A stretch of DNA of 64,000 nucleotides from Eubacteriales bacterium (GCA_045660185.1 JAZRDI010000101.1:17723-81722); one strand, 5' to 3'. Shown: positions 1-10,180, counted from the stretch's first letter. Notes: a model not told the origin generated them from the sequence alone. Program-made: numbers and translations.

Positions 1-108
1 AACAAGTCATTGCGTTAAAAAGAGAGGCTCTGTTTTTAACTTGTGTGGATTGAAAAAAGTTGCTTTAAAAAAATATTGCAAAAAAACAAAAATATTTTCA
101 AAATCCTA

Positions 109-137
109 TTGACATTTCTACTTTAGTGTGCTAAAAT
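109..137 (+). promoter_or_regulatory. sigma-A-type promoter upstream of hisZ
   Basis: TTGACA (109-114), 17-nt spacer, TGcTAAAAT extended -10 (129-137). A ~190-nt leader follows before the hisZ ATG. Confidence 0.6.
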
Positions 138-330
138 GTATAACGCATGATATAAAACACCGGAATTCTAAATAATATAAATCTTTGATCAGACGTGTAA
201 TGTTCGAATGAATAAAGCAATAGTTTAACATATCGTACATTCATCTTCATTGAAGTAAAGCGAAAAAATCTCAAACTATAGTCTATAGAGCTTGATGAAT
301 TTTAACTCTTTGGGCTAATGAAAGGATAAA

Positions 331-1242
331 ATGGAAAACTTAACTGAATTGCTCACGCGCGACGAGCAAGCGATTTTCACTCTTCGCGCACTTTATAATA
401 AATACGGATACTCAAAATACAAAATGAGTAAGTTTGAGGAATATGATCTGTATAGTAAAAACAAGGATTTCTTACCCTCGGAAAATATCATTACGTTCAC
501 TGATACAGATGGAAGACTTCTTGCATTGAAACCCGACGTTACGCTTTCTATCATAAAGAACAGTCGCGTAAGCGATGGACTTATTAAGGCGCAGTATAAC
601 GAAAACGTATATAGAATATGCAAGGGAACGAATAGCTTCAAGGAAATTATGCAGGTTGGTCTTGAATGCCTCGGCGACGTAGGTAATAATGAGCTTACAG
701 AAGTTATCTTCCTTGCAGCGAAAAGCCTTGATTTAATATCTGAAGCAAACGTGCTTGAAATATCTCATCTTGATATTACCTACGGAGTTTTGGATTTTGC
801 AGGCGTGAGTGAGGATGGAAAGAGTAATATTCTTGACTGCCTTAGTAAGAAGAACGTTTCGGGGATAGAAGCCATTTGTAACCTTGAATTCATTGGAAAA
901 GAAAAGACCGAAATCGTTAAAAAGCTTTCCACTGTTTACGGTGCGCCGAGCGTTGTTCGCAGTAAGCTCGATGATTTCAAGGTTAACGAAGCAACCGAAG
1001 CGGCTGTAAATCAACTTGAGTATATATTTGACGTTTTAAATGAAAAAGGTATATCTGAAAAGCTTTGTCTTGATTTTTCGCTTGTAGGCGATATGAAGTA
1101 CTACAACGGCATAGCGATGAAGGGATTTGTAGACGGCATACCTTCTGGTATATTATCGGGCGGTCAATATGATAATATGATGGTAAAAATGCATAAGAAG
1201 GCGAAGGGGGTTGGCTTCGCTGTCTACCTCGATGAGCTTTAA
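331..1242 (+). CDS. hisZ: ATP phosphoribosyltransferase regulatory subunit (HisRS paralog)
   Basis: 303-aa ORF with HisRS-like class II core motifs and no anticodon-binding domain. It sits upstream of a short-form (212 aa) hisG, the arrangement expected for a HisZ-dependent enzyme. Confidence 0.8.
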   Translation: MENLTELLTRDEQAIFTLRALYNKYGYSKYKMSKFEEYDLYSKNKDFLPSENIITFTDTDGRLLALKPDVTLSIIKNSRVSDGLIKAQYNENVYRICKGTNSFKEIMQVGLECLGDVGNNELTEVIFLAAKSLDLISEANVLEISHLDITYGVLDFAGVSEDGKSNILDCLSKKNVSGIEAICNLEFIGKEKTEIVKKLSTVYGAPSVVRSKLDDFKVNEATEAAVNQLEYIFDVLNEKGISEKLCLDFSLVGDMKYYNGIAMKGFVDGIPSGILSGGQYDNMMVKMHKKAKGVGFAVYLDEL

Positions 1243-1449
1243 ACGGCAATTTTAGGCTAAAACTTCCGTTTTCCGCCGAGCTCGCAATAGGTAACTATTG
1301 CATCGGGACGGAAGAACGAAACTTTTACCACAAAAATTCCACGTTTAAAGTAATACTAAACGGCAACGGCGGCAAAAAACTTCCGTTTCTTGTCAGGCTC
1401 GTCGGGCTCGCAATAGATAACAAAAGTTTCGACAAGGAAAACAAACTTT
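1241..1449. repeat. Two direct copies of a palindromic intergenic repeat, same family as 18968-19272
   Basis: Both copies start AAACGGCAA...AAAACTTCCGTT (1241 and 1358). Copy 1 has a perfect 7-bp hairpin GCAATAG-GTAA-CTATTGC (1284-1301) flanked by CTCG...CATCGGG, nested in an outer CTTCCGT/ACGGAAG stem. Copy 2 is degenerate. Confidence 0.7.
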
Positions 1450-1500
1450 GAATTAGAAGCTTTAACTTAAAAGATAGAAACCAAGAAAGGCGCTAAAACT

Positions 1501-2139
1501 ATGAACAAGATGCTAAACGTTGCGCTTCCTAAAGGAAGACTCGGAGAAAAGGTGTACGCAATGTTTGAAGCGGCGGGATTTGAATGTCCCTCGATAAAAG
1601 AAAATTCAAGAAAGCTTATATTTGAAAATGAAGAAGTAGGCATAAGATTCTTCTGGGTGAAACCCTCTGACGTAGCAATTTACGTTGAGCGAGGCGCCGC
1701 CGATATAGGCGTTGCGGGAAAGGATATTTTGCTTGAGTATGCTCCGGACGTGTATGAGCTTTTGAATTTAAATATGGGTAAGTGCCACATGGCAGTGGCG
1801 GCAAAGGCGGACTTTGTAGAAAACAAGAGCCGCACGTTGCGAGTTGCAACTAAGTTTGCGAATATAGCAAAACGTTATTATTCCGCTCTCGGCAGAGATA
1901 TTGATATAATTCATTTGAACGGATCAATAGAGCTTGCTCCGATACTCGGACTCTCCGATGTTATTGTCGATATAGTGGAAACGGGAGCAACGCTTCGTGA
2001 AAACAACCTCGTTGTTGTTGAAAAGTTCGAAGAGATAAGCGCAAGACTTATTGCAAATAAATCAAGCTTCAAATTCTCCGCAAGCACGATTGAAAAAATA
2101 GCGTCATCGCTTGCAAAAATCGTAGAAAATAACAAATAA
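1501..2139 (+). CDS. hisG: ATP phosphoribosyltransferase, short form
   Basis: 212 aa. N-terminus LNVALPKGRL and overall HisG(S) length; first enzymatic gene of the his operon. Confidence 0.9.
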   Translation: MNKMLNVALPKGRLGEKVYAMFEAAGFECPSIKENSRKLIFENEEVGIRFFWVKPSDVAIYVERGAADIGVAGKDILLEYAPDVYELLNLNMGKCHMAVAAKADFVENKSRTLRVATKFANIAKRYYSALGRDIDIIHLNGSIELAPILGLSDVIVDIVETGATLRENNLVVVEKFEEISARLIANKSSFKFSASTIEKIASSLAKIVENNK

Positions 2140-2196
2140 GTAAATAATAGTTGTCAAAAGTCATAGCAAGATGCGTTTTGCATTCAAGGAGATAAA

Positions 2197-3480
2197 ATGA
2201 TTAAGATTATTAAAGATGCCATAAGCGATAGAAACGAAATCTTTTCTGCCGTTGCGGAAAAGGTTGACGTGAGCGCAGTCGTAAAGGAAATTATAGAAAA
2301 GGTAAAGAACGAAGGAGATAGCGCGCTCTATTATTACGCAGAGAAGTTTGACCGCGCAAAGCTTAATTCTCTTCGCGTTAGCGAAAACGAGATAGGCGAA
2401 GCCGTTGCTTCTGTAGAGCCGAGATTTATTGACGTTTTGACGAAGGCTGCGGCAAACATAAGAGAGTTTCATGAAAAGCAAAAAACGAGTGGCTTTGAAA
2501 TAAAAAAAGACAACGGTGTAATAGTAGGTCAAAAGGTTATCCCCGTGGATAGAGCGGGGCTATATGTTCCCGGAGGAACTGCGGCTTACCCATCGACCGT
2601 TCTTATGGATGCTATTCCCGCAAAGATTGCAGGTTGCGAGCGCGTTGTTATGGTAACGCCTCCGGATTCGGAAGGAAAGGTAAATCCCGTAATTCTTGCC
2701 GCTGCATACGTTGCAGGCGTTGACGAAATATATAAAGTAGGCGGAGCGCAAGCGGTAGCGGCTTTGGCGTACGGAACGGAAACTATTCCAAAGACGGATA
2801 AAATCGTCGGCCCGGGTAACGCTTATGTTGCCGAAGCAAAGCGCCAGGTTTACGGCGCAGTTTCAATCGATATGATTGCAGGCCCCAGTGAAATAATGAT
2901 AGTAGCCGATGCGGATAATCGCCCGATGAATATTGCGGCAGACCTTCTTTCGCAAGCGGAGCACGATAGAATGGCAAGCGCAGTTCTCGTTACGGATTCG
3001 GAAGAGTTTGCACAGAAGGTAAGCGCGGAGCTTGAAAGACAGATACCCCTTCTTGAAAGAAGCGAAATCGCAAGAGCTTCTATTGATAATTACGGTAAAA
3101 TCATCGTCACATCTTCTATTGACGATGCTATTGATATCGCCAACGGCATAGCGCCCGAGCACCTTGAAATTTGCGTAGCCGAGCCGTTCGAATATCTCAA
3201 AAAGGTGAAGCACGCAGGTTCTGTCTTTCTCGGAAGATATTGCCCCGAGGCAATAGGCGATTATTTTGCGGGAACGAACCACACACTTCCCACAAGCGGA
3301 ACGGCTAAATTCTCAAGCCCCCTTTCCGTTGATGATTTTGTGAAAAAGACACAGTACATATATTACGATAAATCCTCTCTGGAAGAGGTTTGCCGTGACG
3401 TTGAGTACTTTGCTAAAAAAGAAGGACTTACCGCTCACGCAAAGAGCGCAGTTATTAGATTTGAGGAAGAACAAAAATGA
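2197..3480 (+). CDS. hisD: histidinol dehydrogenase
   Basis: 427 aa with HisD-typical segments (GGAQAVAALAYGT, QAEHD, APEHLE). The stop overlaps the hisC start (ATGA). Confidence 0.95.
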   Translation: MIKIIKDAISDRNEIFSAVAEKVDVSAVVKEIIEKVKNEGDSALYYYAEKFDRAKLNSLRVSENEIGEAVASVEPRFIDVLTKAAANIREFHEKQKTSGFEIKKDNGVIVGQKVIPVDRAGLYVPGGTAAYPSTVLMDAIPAKIAGCERVVMVTPPDSEGKVNPVILAAAYVAGVDEIYKVGGAQAVAALAYGTETIPKTDKIVGPGNAYVAEAKRQVYGAVSIDMIAGPSEIMIVADADNRPMNIAADLLSQAEHDRMASAVLVTDSEEFAQKVSAELERQIPLLERSEIARASIDNYGKIIVTSSIDDAIDIANGIAPEHLEICVAEPFEYLKKVKHAGSVFLGRYCPEAIGDYFAGTNHTLPTSGTAKFSSPLSVDDFVKKTQYIYYDKSSLEEVCRDVEYFAKKEGLTAHAKSAVIRFEEEQK

Positions 3481-4541
3481 GTAAATTCCTAACGGAAAAA
3501 TATAAAAAACTTAAACCCTATACACCGGGTGAGCAGCCAAAAGAAAGAAAATACGTAAAGCTTAACACGAACGAATCGCCCTTTCCTCCTTCGGAGAATG
3601 CAATAAAGCTTGCTCGTAAAGAAGCAGAAAAATTAATGCTGTATTCCGACCCTGAATGCCGCGCAGTAGGCGAACTTTTAGCGAAAACGTACGGCGTTGA
3701 CTACTCTAACGTAATTTTAACAAACGGCTCTGACGAAGTATTGAATTTCGCATTTATGGCTTATTGCGATGAAAATACTCCCGCAATTTTTCCCGATATA
3801 ACGTATGGATTTTATAAGGTTTTTGCGGACGTAAATAATCTTCCATACCGTGAAATTCCGCTTGATAATGAATTTAAAATTAACACGGATGATTACATAA
3901 ATGCTCGCGGTACGATTTTTATCGCTAACCCCAACGCTCCCACGGGAATTGCGCTTTCGGTTTCGGAAATAGAAGAAATTATTAAAGCGGATACCAATAG
4001 AATAGTTGTTATAGATGAGGCTTACGTTGATTTTGGAGCAGAGAGCTGTATTCCTCTTACGAAAAAATATGATAACCTCATAGTTACAGGAACGTTTTCA
4101 AAGTCTCGCTCGATGGCAGGTGCAAGACTCGGCTTTGGGATTGCATCAGCGGCGCTTATAGACGATTTAACGCGTATAAGATACTCGACTAACCCTTATA
4201 ACGTAAACAGAATGAGTGCAGCCGCAGGCGTTGGCGCGCTCCTCGATAAAGAGTATTTCGAGGACAATTGCAAAAAGATAATTGAAAACAGAGCCTTTAC
4301 GGAAAAAGAGCTTGCATCACTCGGGTTCGAATTTACAGAGTCGAGCGCAAACTTCGTATTTGCAAAGCATAATAGATTGAGTGGCGAAAAGCTTTATCTT
4401 GCTCTTAAAGAAAAAGGTGTTCTTGTTCGTCATTTTACCGCTCCGAGAATATCCGAATACAATCGCATAACCATCGGCAGCAAAGAAGAAATGCAAATAT
4501 TAGTTGACAAAATCAAGGAAATTTTGGAGGAAAACTTATGA
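3477..4541 (+). CDS. hisC: histidinol-phosphate aminotransferase
   Basis: 354-aa class II aminotransferase. It has the KLNTNESP N-terminal motif and an SKS-type PLP lysine region (TFSKSRSMAG). 4-nt overlaps on both sides. Confidence 0.9.
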   Translation: MSKFLTEKYKKLKPYTPGEQPKERKYVKLNTNESPFPPSENAIKLARKEAEKLMLYSDPECRAVGELLAKTYGVDYSNVILTNGSDEVLNFAFMAYCDENTPAIFPDITYGFYKVFADVNNLPYREIPLDNEFKINTDDYINARGTIFIANPNAPTGIALSVSEIEEIIKADTNRIVVIDEAYVDFGAESCIPLTKKYDNLIVTGTFSKSRSMAGARLGFGIASAALIDDLTRIRYSTNPYNVNRMSAAAGVGALLDKEYFEDNCKKIIENRAFTEKELASLGFEFTESSANFVFAKHNRLSGEKLYLALKEKGVLVRHFTAPRISEYNRITIGSKEEMQILVDKIKEILEENL

Positions 4542-5125
4542 GAAGTTCCGAAATTGTAAGAAAAACAAAAGAAACAGATATATACTTGAAGCTTGAAATA
4601 GACGGTAGAGGAGAGTCTGAAATCGAAAGCGGAAGCGCTTTTTTAGACCATATGCTCACTCTCTTTGCAAAGCACGGTAAATTCAATCTTACCGTAAAGT
4701 GTAAGGGTGACACAGAGGTTGATTTCCACCATACCGCCGAGGATATTGGTATTTGCCTTGGCGAAGCCTTCAAAGAAGCTCTTGGAGATAAGGCAGGTAT
4801 AGTTCGCTATGCCGATACCATACTCCCCATGGATGAAACTCTTATACTCTCCGCACTTGATTTTTCGGGCAGAGCATACTTTGCTTGCGACCTTGATATA
4901 AAGGCAAGCAAGGTCGGTGATTTCGATACCGAGCTTGTAAGCGAATTTTGGCAGGCATTTGCGTATAACGCAGGATGTACGCTTCATATAAAGCAGCTCG
5001 CGGGAGCAAATTCTCACCACATTATCGAGGGCGTGTATAAGTCTTGCGCAAGAAGTGTTAGATGCGCAGTTAAGATAGACCCCGATTTTGCGGATGATAT
5101 TCCTTCTACAAAAGGAGTACTTTAA
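4538..5125 (+). CDS. hisB: imidazoleglycerol-phosphate dehydratase
   Basis: 195 aa. RKTKETDI start and the histidine-rich IGPD motifs (FLDHML, HHTAED, HHIIEG). Confidence 0.95.
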   Translation: MRSSEIVRKTKETDIYLKLEIDGRGESEIESGSAFLDHMLTLFAKHGKFNLTVKCKGDTEVDFHHTAEDIGICLGEAFKEALGDKAGIVRYADTILPMDETLILSALDFSGRAYFACDLDIKASKVGDFDTELVSEFWQAFAYNAGCTLHIKQLAGANSHHIIEGVYKSCARSVRCAVKIDPDFADDIPSTKGVL

Positions 5126-5748
5126 TGGTAGCGATAGTCGACTACGGCGTTGGAAATCTTTTTTCCCTCGCAAGCTCATTTTCTGCGATAGGTGCAGAAG
5201 TTGTTGTTACGTCTGATGCGAATGTTATACGCAGCGCAGAAAAAATAATTCTTCCCGGAGTTGGCGCGTTTGCCGATGCTGCGGATAAGCTTTTTACGTC
5301 GGGGCTCGGTGATTTACTCGTTGAAGAAGCAAAGAAGGGGAAGCATATACTCGGAATTTGTCTTGGTATGCAGCTTCTTTTTGATAAGAGCTACGAATAC
5401 GGTGAGCATAAAGGCCTTGGTCTTATAAGCGGCGAGGTGAGAGCTATATCCGAGGTTATACCGAGTGATTATAAAATCCCCCACATAGGCTGGAATGCAC
5501 TCTCCTTTGGCGAGAATAAACACGAGCTTTTCAAATATCTTGAGGAAGGCGATTTCGTATATTTCGTTCATTCGTTCTACGGAGCAAATTGCCAAGATAG
5601 CGTCATAGCTACCGCAGAATACGGAGCTTCACTTACCGCGGCGGTTGCATCGGGAAACGTTATGGGTTGCCAGTTCCACCCCGAAAAAAGCGGTAGCGTA
5701 GGGCTTAACATACTTCGCGCTTTTTTTGAAATAGGAGAAACCTTATGA
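5125..5748 (+). CDS. hisH: imidazole glycerol phosphate synthase, glutamine amidotransferase subunit
   Basis: 207-aa class I GATase with GICLGMQ (catalytic Cys) and FHPEKS. Overlaps hisB by 1 nt and hisA by 4 nt. Confidence 0.95.
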   Translation: MVAIVDYGVGNLFSLASSFSAIGAEVVVTSDANVIRSAEKIILPGVGAFADAADKLFTSGLGDLLVEEAKKGKHILGICLGMQLLFDKSYEYGEHKGLGLISGEVRAISEVIPSDYKIPHIGWNALSFGENKHELFKYLEEGDFVYFVHSFYGANCQDSVIATAEYGASLTAAVASGNVMGCQFHPEKSGSVGLNILRAFFEIGETL

Positions 5749-6458
5749 TAATATATCCCGCAATAGATTTGTATGATAAAAAAGCTGTTCGTCTTTACAA
5801 GGGCGATTACAATAATATGACAGTGTATAGTGACAACCCGTGTGAGATTGCTGCTGATTTTTACGCATCGGGAGCAAGATATATGCACGTAGTGGACCTC
5901 GAGGGCGCGAAGACGGGCGAAACACCCAATATTGATGTAATTCAAAAGCTTGCCGCAATTCCGGATATGTTTATTGAAGTTGGAGGCGGAATACGCAATA
6001 TAGAGGTCGCAAGAAAGTACATTGAAGCCGGTGTTGACAGAGTAATTCTAGGAACGGCAGCGCTTCGTGACAGAGAATTTTTAAAAGAGGCTGTGAGCCT
6101 TTTCGGTGAAAAAGTCGCAGTTGGCGTTGACATCAAGGATTCTTATGTCGCAGTGAAGGGTTGGATAGAAAAATCCGAGGTCTTGGCTTTCGATTTTCTT
6201 GCAGAACTTGACACGCTTGGCGTCAAAACCGTAATTTGTACCGATATTTCCAAAGACGGAGCAATGATGGGAACGAATCTTTCACTCTACCGCGAAATTT
6301 CTGAGAAATTTGGAATGCAGATAATTGCCTCCGGTGGCGTGTCGAGTCTTGACGATGTTAAGAAGCTTCGAGAGATGAATATTTACGGCGCGATAGTGGG
6401 CAAAGCTTACTATACCGGTGCTATCATACTCAAAGAAGCAATTGAGGTGGCAAAATGA
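5745..6458 (+). CDS. hisA: ProFAR isomerase
   Basis: 237 aa. IIYPAIDL start and (beta/alpha)8 HisA/HisF-type glycine-rich phosphate sites (GGGIR, ASGGVSS). Confidence 0.95.
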   Translation: MIIYPAIDLYDKKAVRLYKGDYNNMTVYSDNPCEIAADFYASGARYMHVVDLEGAKTGETPNIDVIQKLAAIPDMFIEVGGGIRNIEVARKYIEAGVDRVILGTAALRDREFLKEAVSLFGEKVAVGVDIKDSYVAVKGWIEKSEVLAFDFLAELDTLGVKTVICTDISKDGAMMGTNLSLYREISEKFGMQIIASGGVSSLDDVKKLREMNIYGAIVGKAYYTGAIILKEAIEVAK

Positions 6459-7213
6459 TAACCAAAAGAATTATTCCTTGCCTTGACGTTAAGGATGGCA
6501 GAGTTGTAAAAGGAGTTAATTTTTCCGGACTCTCCGATGTTTCCTCTCCAATAGAGCTTGGAAAATATTATAGTGACAACGGCGCAGATGAGCTTGTGTT
6601 TTATGATATTACAGCATCTGCGGAAGGTCGCGCCTTATTCACCGATATACTCAAAGAGGTAGCAAGTACGATTTTTATCCCATTGACAGTCGGCGGTGGC
6701 ATAAATACAGTTGCAGACTTTGACCGCGTGTTAAAATGCGGAGCAGATAAGGTAAGCGTAAATTCGGGCGCCATACGTAATCCGTCGCTTATATACGAGG
6801 CTGCAAAGCTATACGGCGACCAGTGCGTAGTTTTATCCGTTGACGTGAAGCGCGTTGATGGAGTGTTTCGCGTTTTTGCCAAGGGCGGCAGAGAAAATAC
6901 TGGACTTGACGCGCTTGAATGGATAAAGCGCGGCGTAGATAACGGAGCAGGTGAAATCGTCTTGAATTCTATTGATACCGACGGAGTGAAGCGCGGATTT
7001 GACATTGAGATGCTTAAAGCCGTCAGTGATATAGTTTCCGTTCCGGTTATCGCATCGGGCGGAGCAGGATGTATAGAAGATTTTATAACGCTTTTCAAAA
7101 CTCTTCCAAAGGTTGATGCAGGACTTGCGGCATCTATATTCCATTTTGGAGAAGTTAAAATTTCCGACCTTAAGAAAAAACTGAAAGAAAACGGCATTCC
7201 CACGAGAATATAA
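6455..7213 (+). CDS. hisF: imidazole glycerol phosphate synthase, cyclase subunit
   Basis: 252 aa with KRIIPCLDV, TVGGGI and ASGGAG motifs. Confidence 0.95.
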   Translation: MITKRIIPCLDVKDGRVVKGVNFSGLSDVSSPIELGKYYSDNGADELVFYDITASAEGRALFTDILKEVASTIFIPLTVGGGINTVADFDRVLKCGADKVSVNSGAIRNPSLIYEAAKLYGDQCVVLSVDVKRVDGVFRVFAKGGRENTGLDALEWIKRGVDNGAGEIVLNSIDTDGVKRGFDIEMLKAVSDIVSVPVIASGGAGCIEDFITLFKTLPKVDAGLAASIFHFGEVKISDLKKKLKENGIPTRI

Positions 7214-7236
7214 GCCGTAAATAAAAGAGGTGCGCT

Positions 7237-7887
7237 ATGATTAATATAGATGAACTTAAATTTGACGAAAAAGGACTTATTCCCGCGATTGTCGTTGATT
7301 CTATAACGAAAAAGGTTTTGACGCTTGCGTATATGAATAAGGAAAGCCTTAAGATAACTATGGAAAAGAAACTTACTTGCTTCTTCTCACGTTCAAGAAA
7401 CGAGCTTTGGCTCAAGGGGGAAACGAGCGGTAATTATCAGCACGTCGTTTCAATAACCGCAGATTGCGATAACGACGCGCTTGTAGTAAGCGTAGAGCCC
7501 GACGGCCCAGCGTGTCATACAGGAACAGAATCTTGCTTCACAAAGCCGGTATTCGAGAATCCCGAGCTTAAGGATTTCTCTCTCGAAAGCCTCGTTAAGC
7601 TTATTGAAGGAAGAAAAATCGAGAAAACCGAAGGCTCTTACACCACCTATCTTTTCGAAAAGGGACTCGATAAAATACTTAAGAAGGTAGGAGAAGAGAA
7701 CACAGAGGTTATTATAGCTGCGAAGGCTGACGATAAAAAGGAAACGATTTACGAGATAGCTGACCTTACCTATCACCTCCTCGTTCTTATGATACAGATG
7801 GGCATATCACTTGAGGATATACACCGCGAGCTTGCATCGCGCCACGTTATCGATAAGAAGGTCAAGCAGGAAAAAATGACAAAATAA
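7237..7887 (+). CDS. hisI: bifunctional phosphoribosyl-AMP cyclohydrolase / phosphoribosyl-ATP pyrophosphatase
   Basis: 216 aa. The N-terminal half is HisI ([19 protein letters not shown]). The C-terminal half is HisE/MazG-like (SYTTYLF...[13 protein letters not shown]). Confidence 0.9.
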   Translation: MINIDELKFDEKGLIPAIVVDSITKKVLTLAYMNKESLKITMEKKLTCFFSRSRNELWLKGETSGNYQHVVSITADCDNDALVVSVEPDGPACHTGTESCFTKPVFENPELKDFSLESLVKLIEGRKIEKTEGSYTTYLFEKGLDKILKKVGEENTEVIIAAKADDKKETIYEIADLTYHLLVLMIQMGISLEDIHRELASRHVIDKKVKQEKMTK

Positions 7888-7900
7888 ACGGAAGCTATAT

Positions 7901-8476
7901 ATGAAGAGTAAAGAGTATATTGAAGACCTCAAAAACTTCGAAGAGCTTAATTTTTCTCAAAAATCTTCGGTTCAAGATGAAAATGAAAACGTTGAATGCA
8001 GAGAATACGATAAGGATAGAGAACGTCGAAACTTAACGTATAAAATCGAAGACAACGTTGCCGAATTGATGAATTATACCTCTATAATTTCAAAAAGTAA
8101 AAAGAGCTTGAAGTGGGCAAAAAAAGACTACGTAAAAGCAAAAAAAGAATATGACGGAAAAAGCTTCGGAGCGCTTCTTTTTGATATACTCACCTTTCTC
8201 GGAGCGTTCTTTTCAGTGTATTTTCTTATCAAGTTTTTGGAAGATCGCAACTCTTTGATTTTTGAATATTCGCTGTACGCTTCACTGATTTTTACAGCAT
8301 TTGCATTTCTTGTGGCGGTTTATAAAAACTTCAAAATCAGACCGTACAAGAAAAAGATGAGGCGCGCAAGAGAGCTTATGCGAAACTCTAAAATATGGAT
8401 AGACGAAAGCTCGCGCGGTATCAAAGACGTAGAGGATGAAAATCGCTCGCTAAAAAGGCAGCGAAAGCGTATGTAG
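7901..8476 (+). CDS. hypothetical membrane protein (two predicted TM helices, basic C-terminus)
   Basis: 191-aa ORF 14 nt after hisIE. It has two hydrophobic stretches (LLFDILTFLGAFFSVYFLI; YASLIFTAFAFLVAVY). No family recognised. Confidence 0.45.
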   Translation: MKSKEYIEDLKNFEELNFSQKSSVQDENENVECREYDKDRERRNLTYKIEDNVAELMNYTSIISKSKKSLKWAKKDYVKAKKEYDGKSFGALLFDILTFLGAFFSVYFLIKFLEDRNSLIFEYSLYASLIFTAFAFLVAVYKNFKIRPYKKKMRRARELMRNSKIWIDESSRGIKDVEDENRSLKRQRKRM

Positions 8477-8585
8477 CTGAACCTAAAGTAATACATTTAT
8501 CTTAAATGAAAGTGAGATGTATTTATTTTAAGTTAAGTAAAAAACACTAACTTGCATAACACGAAAAACACATTTAATTAATACA

Positions 8586-8646
8586 AAAAAACGCATACCT
8601 ACTCGGGATTGTATCCGAAGCTTGATATGCGTTTTTGTATTTTTTG
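8586..8646. terminator. bidirectional rho-independent terminator between convergent genes
   Basis: AAAAACGCATA (8587-8597) pairs with TATGCGTTTTT (8626-8636), with A-run and T-run flanks. Confidence 0.6.
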
Positions 8647-8671
8647 TAAACTTAAGTTTTAAAAATAAAGC

Positions 8672-9991
8672 TTATTTCATCTTTTTAGCGTATTCATCTA
8701 AAATTCCAAGGTCCCAAAGAAGACGCGGGAGAACGTACTTATCGCGTATGTCCTTCGATGCTGAAAGCACGTCGGGAAGAAGCTCCTTAGGAGTGCCTAT
8801 TTGCACGAGAGATTTTGGAATTCCGACTCTCGCATAAAGCTCGTCAAGTTCCTTTAATGAAGGAAGCTCCTCGTTGACTATAGTCATTATTTTATCAAAA
8901 TTATCTACAATGAAGCGCAGACGTGAAGCGTGTGAGACCTTGTCGTATTTTCCTTCTTTTTCTTCGAGGTCTATCATGCTTTCAGCGCCCTTGCCGAGAA
9001 GCGTACGGAGCTTTTTGTTCCACGCGTTCGTATCAAATCCTTCGGCGTAAGCGATACCCTTGTCATAACTGATTTTTTCGCTCTTCAAGTCCTCGTAGAG
9101 AGCAACCGCATTATAAGTACCTATAGCGCATTGAATTCCGTGGAAGTCTGCGGGCGTGCCGAATTCTTCGCTTCTCATATCTACGATATGCGAAATGTAA
9201 TGCTCCGCGCCCGAAGCGGGTCTTGAAATTCCGGCGTAGTTCATAGCTACGCTTCCTATTATAAGTCCGTCAAAGAGAGCCGTGACCGAATCTTCATCAA
9301 TATTGTCAATTTTTTCAGAGGCTTCGATGCAACGCTTAAGTGCAAGTCGTATAAGCTCTGCGATATTTTCGCAGTAGTACTCACCCGTGATAAGATTGCT
9401 TATTCTCCATTCGCAAATACTTACGTATTTTGCAAGCATATCGCCGAGTCCCGAAACCATCATTTTTGTAGGCGCGGTTTTGAGAATATCAGTATCACCG
9501 ATGATAACGTCAGCGCTCTTTGAGTTTATAGTGACCTTGAGTCCGGCGCGGCACATAGAGGATGAGGTCGAAGCATACCCATCCATAGACGGAGCAGTTC
9601 CAACGATTATGTATTTTTTGTTTCCGATTGCCGTTAGCATTTTTCCGATGTCGTTGATAACTCCCGATCCGATTGCAATAACGGTATCAGCATCTGCAGG
9701 GCAGTGAATTACTGCATCTCCAAGCCCCTTTTCATCAGGCTTCGGGCTTTCGGGATATACGAAGAGTGAGAAGTTGATTTTTGCATCGTTAAGTATTTTT
9801 TCTACCTTTTCTCCTCCTACCGCATAAGTGTTTTTATCCGCGAAAACGAAAACCTTCTTTGATTTGAAATTTTCAAGAACATCTTTGAGCTTTAAAATAG
9901 CCCCGCATCCGGAATAAATTTCCGAGTCAAAGCGATGAGTTTTACCGCAAGAGCATTCCGCTCCGTTCATTTTTTTCATAAGGTTGAGCAT
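8672..9991 (-). CDS. iron-containing alcohol dehydrogenase family protein, sn-glycerol-1-phosphate dehydrogenase (AraM/EgsA)-like
   Basis: 439 aa. Dehydroquinate-synthase-like fold signature GSGVINDIGK and metal-binding His region (AEHYISH). The exact start is ambiguous (several Met near the N-terminus). Confidence 0.55.
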   Translation of the reverse strand: MLNLMKKMNGAECSCGKTHRFDSEIYSGCGAILKLKDVLENFKSKKVFVFADKNTYAVGGEKVEKILNDAKINFSLFVYPESPKPDEKGLGDAVIHCPADADTVIAIGSGVINDIGKMLTAIGNKKYIIVGTAPSMDGYASTSSSMCRAGLKVTINSKSADVIIGDTDILKTAPTKMMVSGLGDMLAKYVSICEWRISNLITGEYYCENIAELIRLALKRCIEASEKIDNIDEDSVTALFDGLIIGSVAMNYAGISRPASGAEHYISHIVDMRSEEFGTPADFHGIQCAIGTYNAVALYEDLKSEKISYDKGIAYAEGFDTNAWNKKLRTLLGKGAESMIDLEEKEGKYDKVSHASRLRFIVDNFDKIMTIVNEELPSLKELDELYARVGIPKSLVQIGTPKELLPDVLSASKDIRDKYVLPRLLWDLGILDEYAKKMK

Positions 9992-10122
9992 AAAGTACCT
10001 CGATGTTTGTTATACGCAATAATTATACTATTTTGCTACATGTATGTCAATAGAAAATTCGATATATTTATACGGATTTTAGATATTCTTCATATTGTAT
10101 TAAATTTGCAAAAAAAGAAAAG

Positions 10123-10151
10123 TTGACTTTTTTGCCCGAAAGTTGTAAAAT
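10123..10151 (+). promoter_or_regulatory. sigma-A-type promoter for the MATE gene
   Basis: TTGACT (10123-10128), 17-nt spacer, TAAAAT (10146-10151). Confidence 0.5.
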
Positions 10152-10180
10152 ATAAATACAAAACAAAAAAGGAAAATAAA

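Noticed and set aside
138-330. A T-box riboswitch or His-rich leader-peptide attenuator upstream of hisZ.
   Set aside because: No T-box consensus sequence, no specifier-loop architecture and no ORF with consecutive His codons could be found by eye. I kept only 'unexplained long leader' as a low-interest finding.
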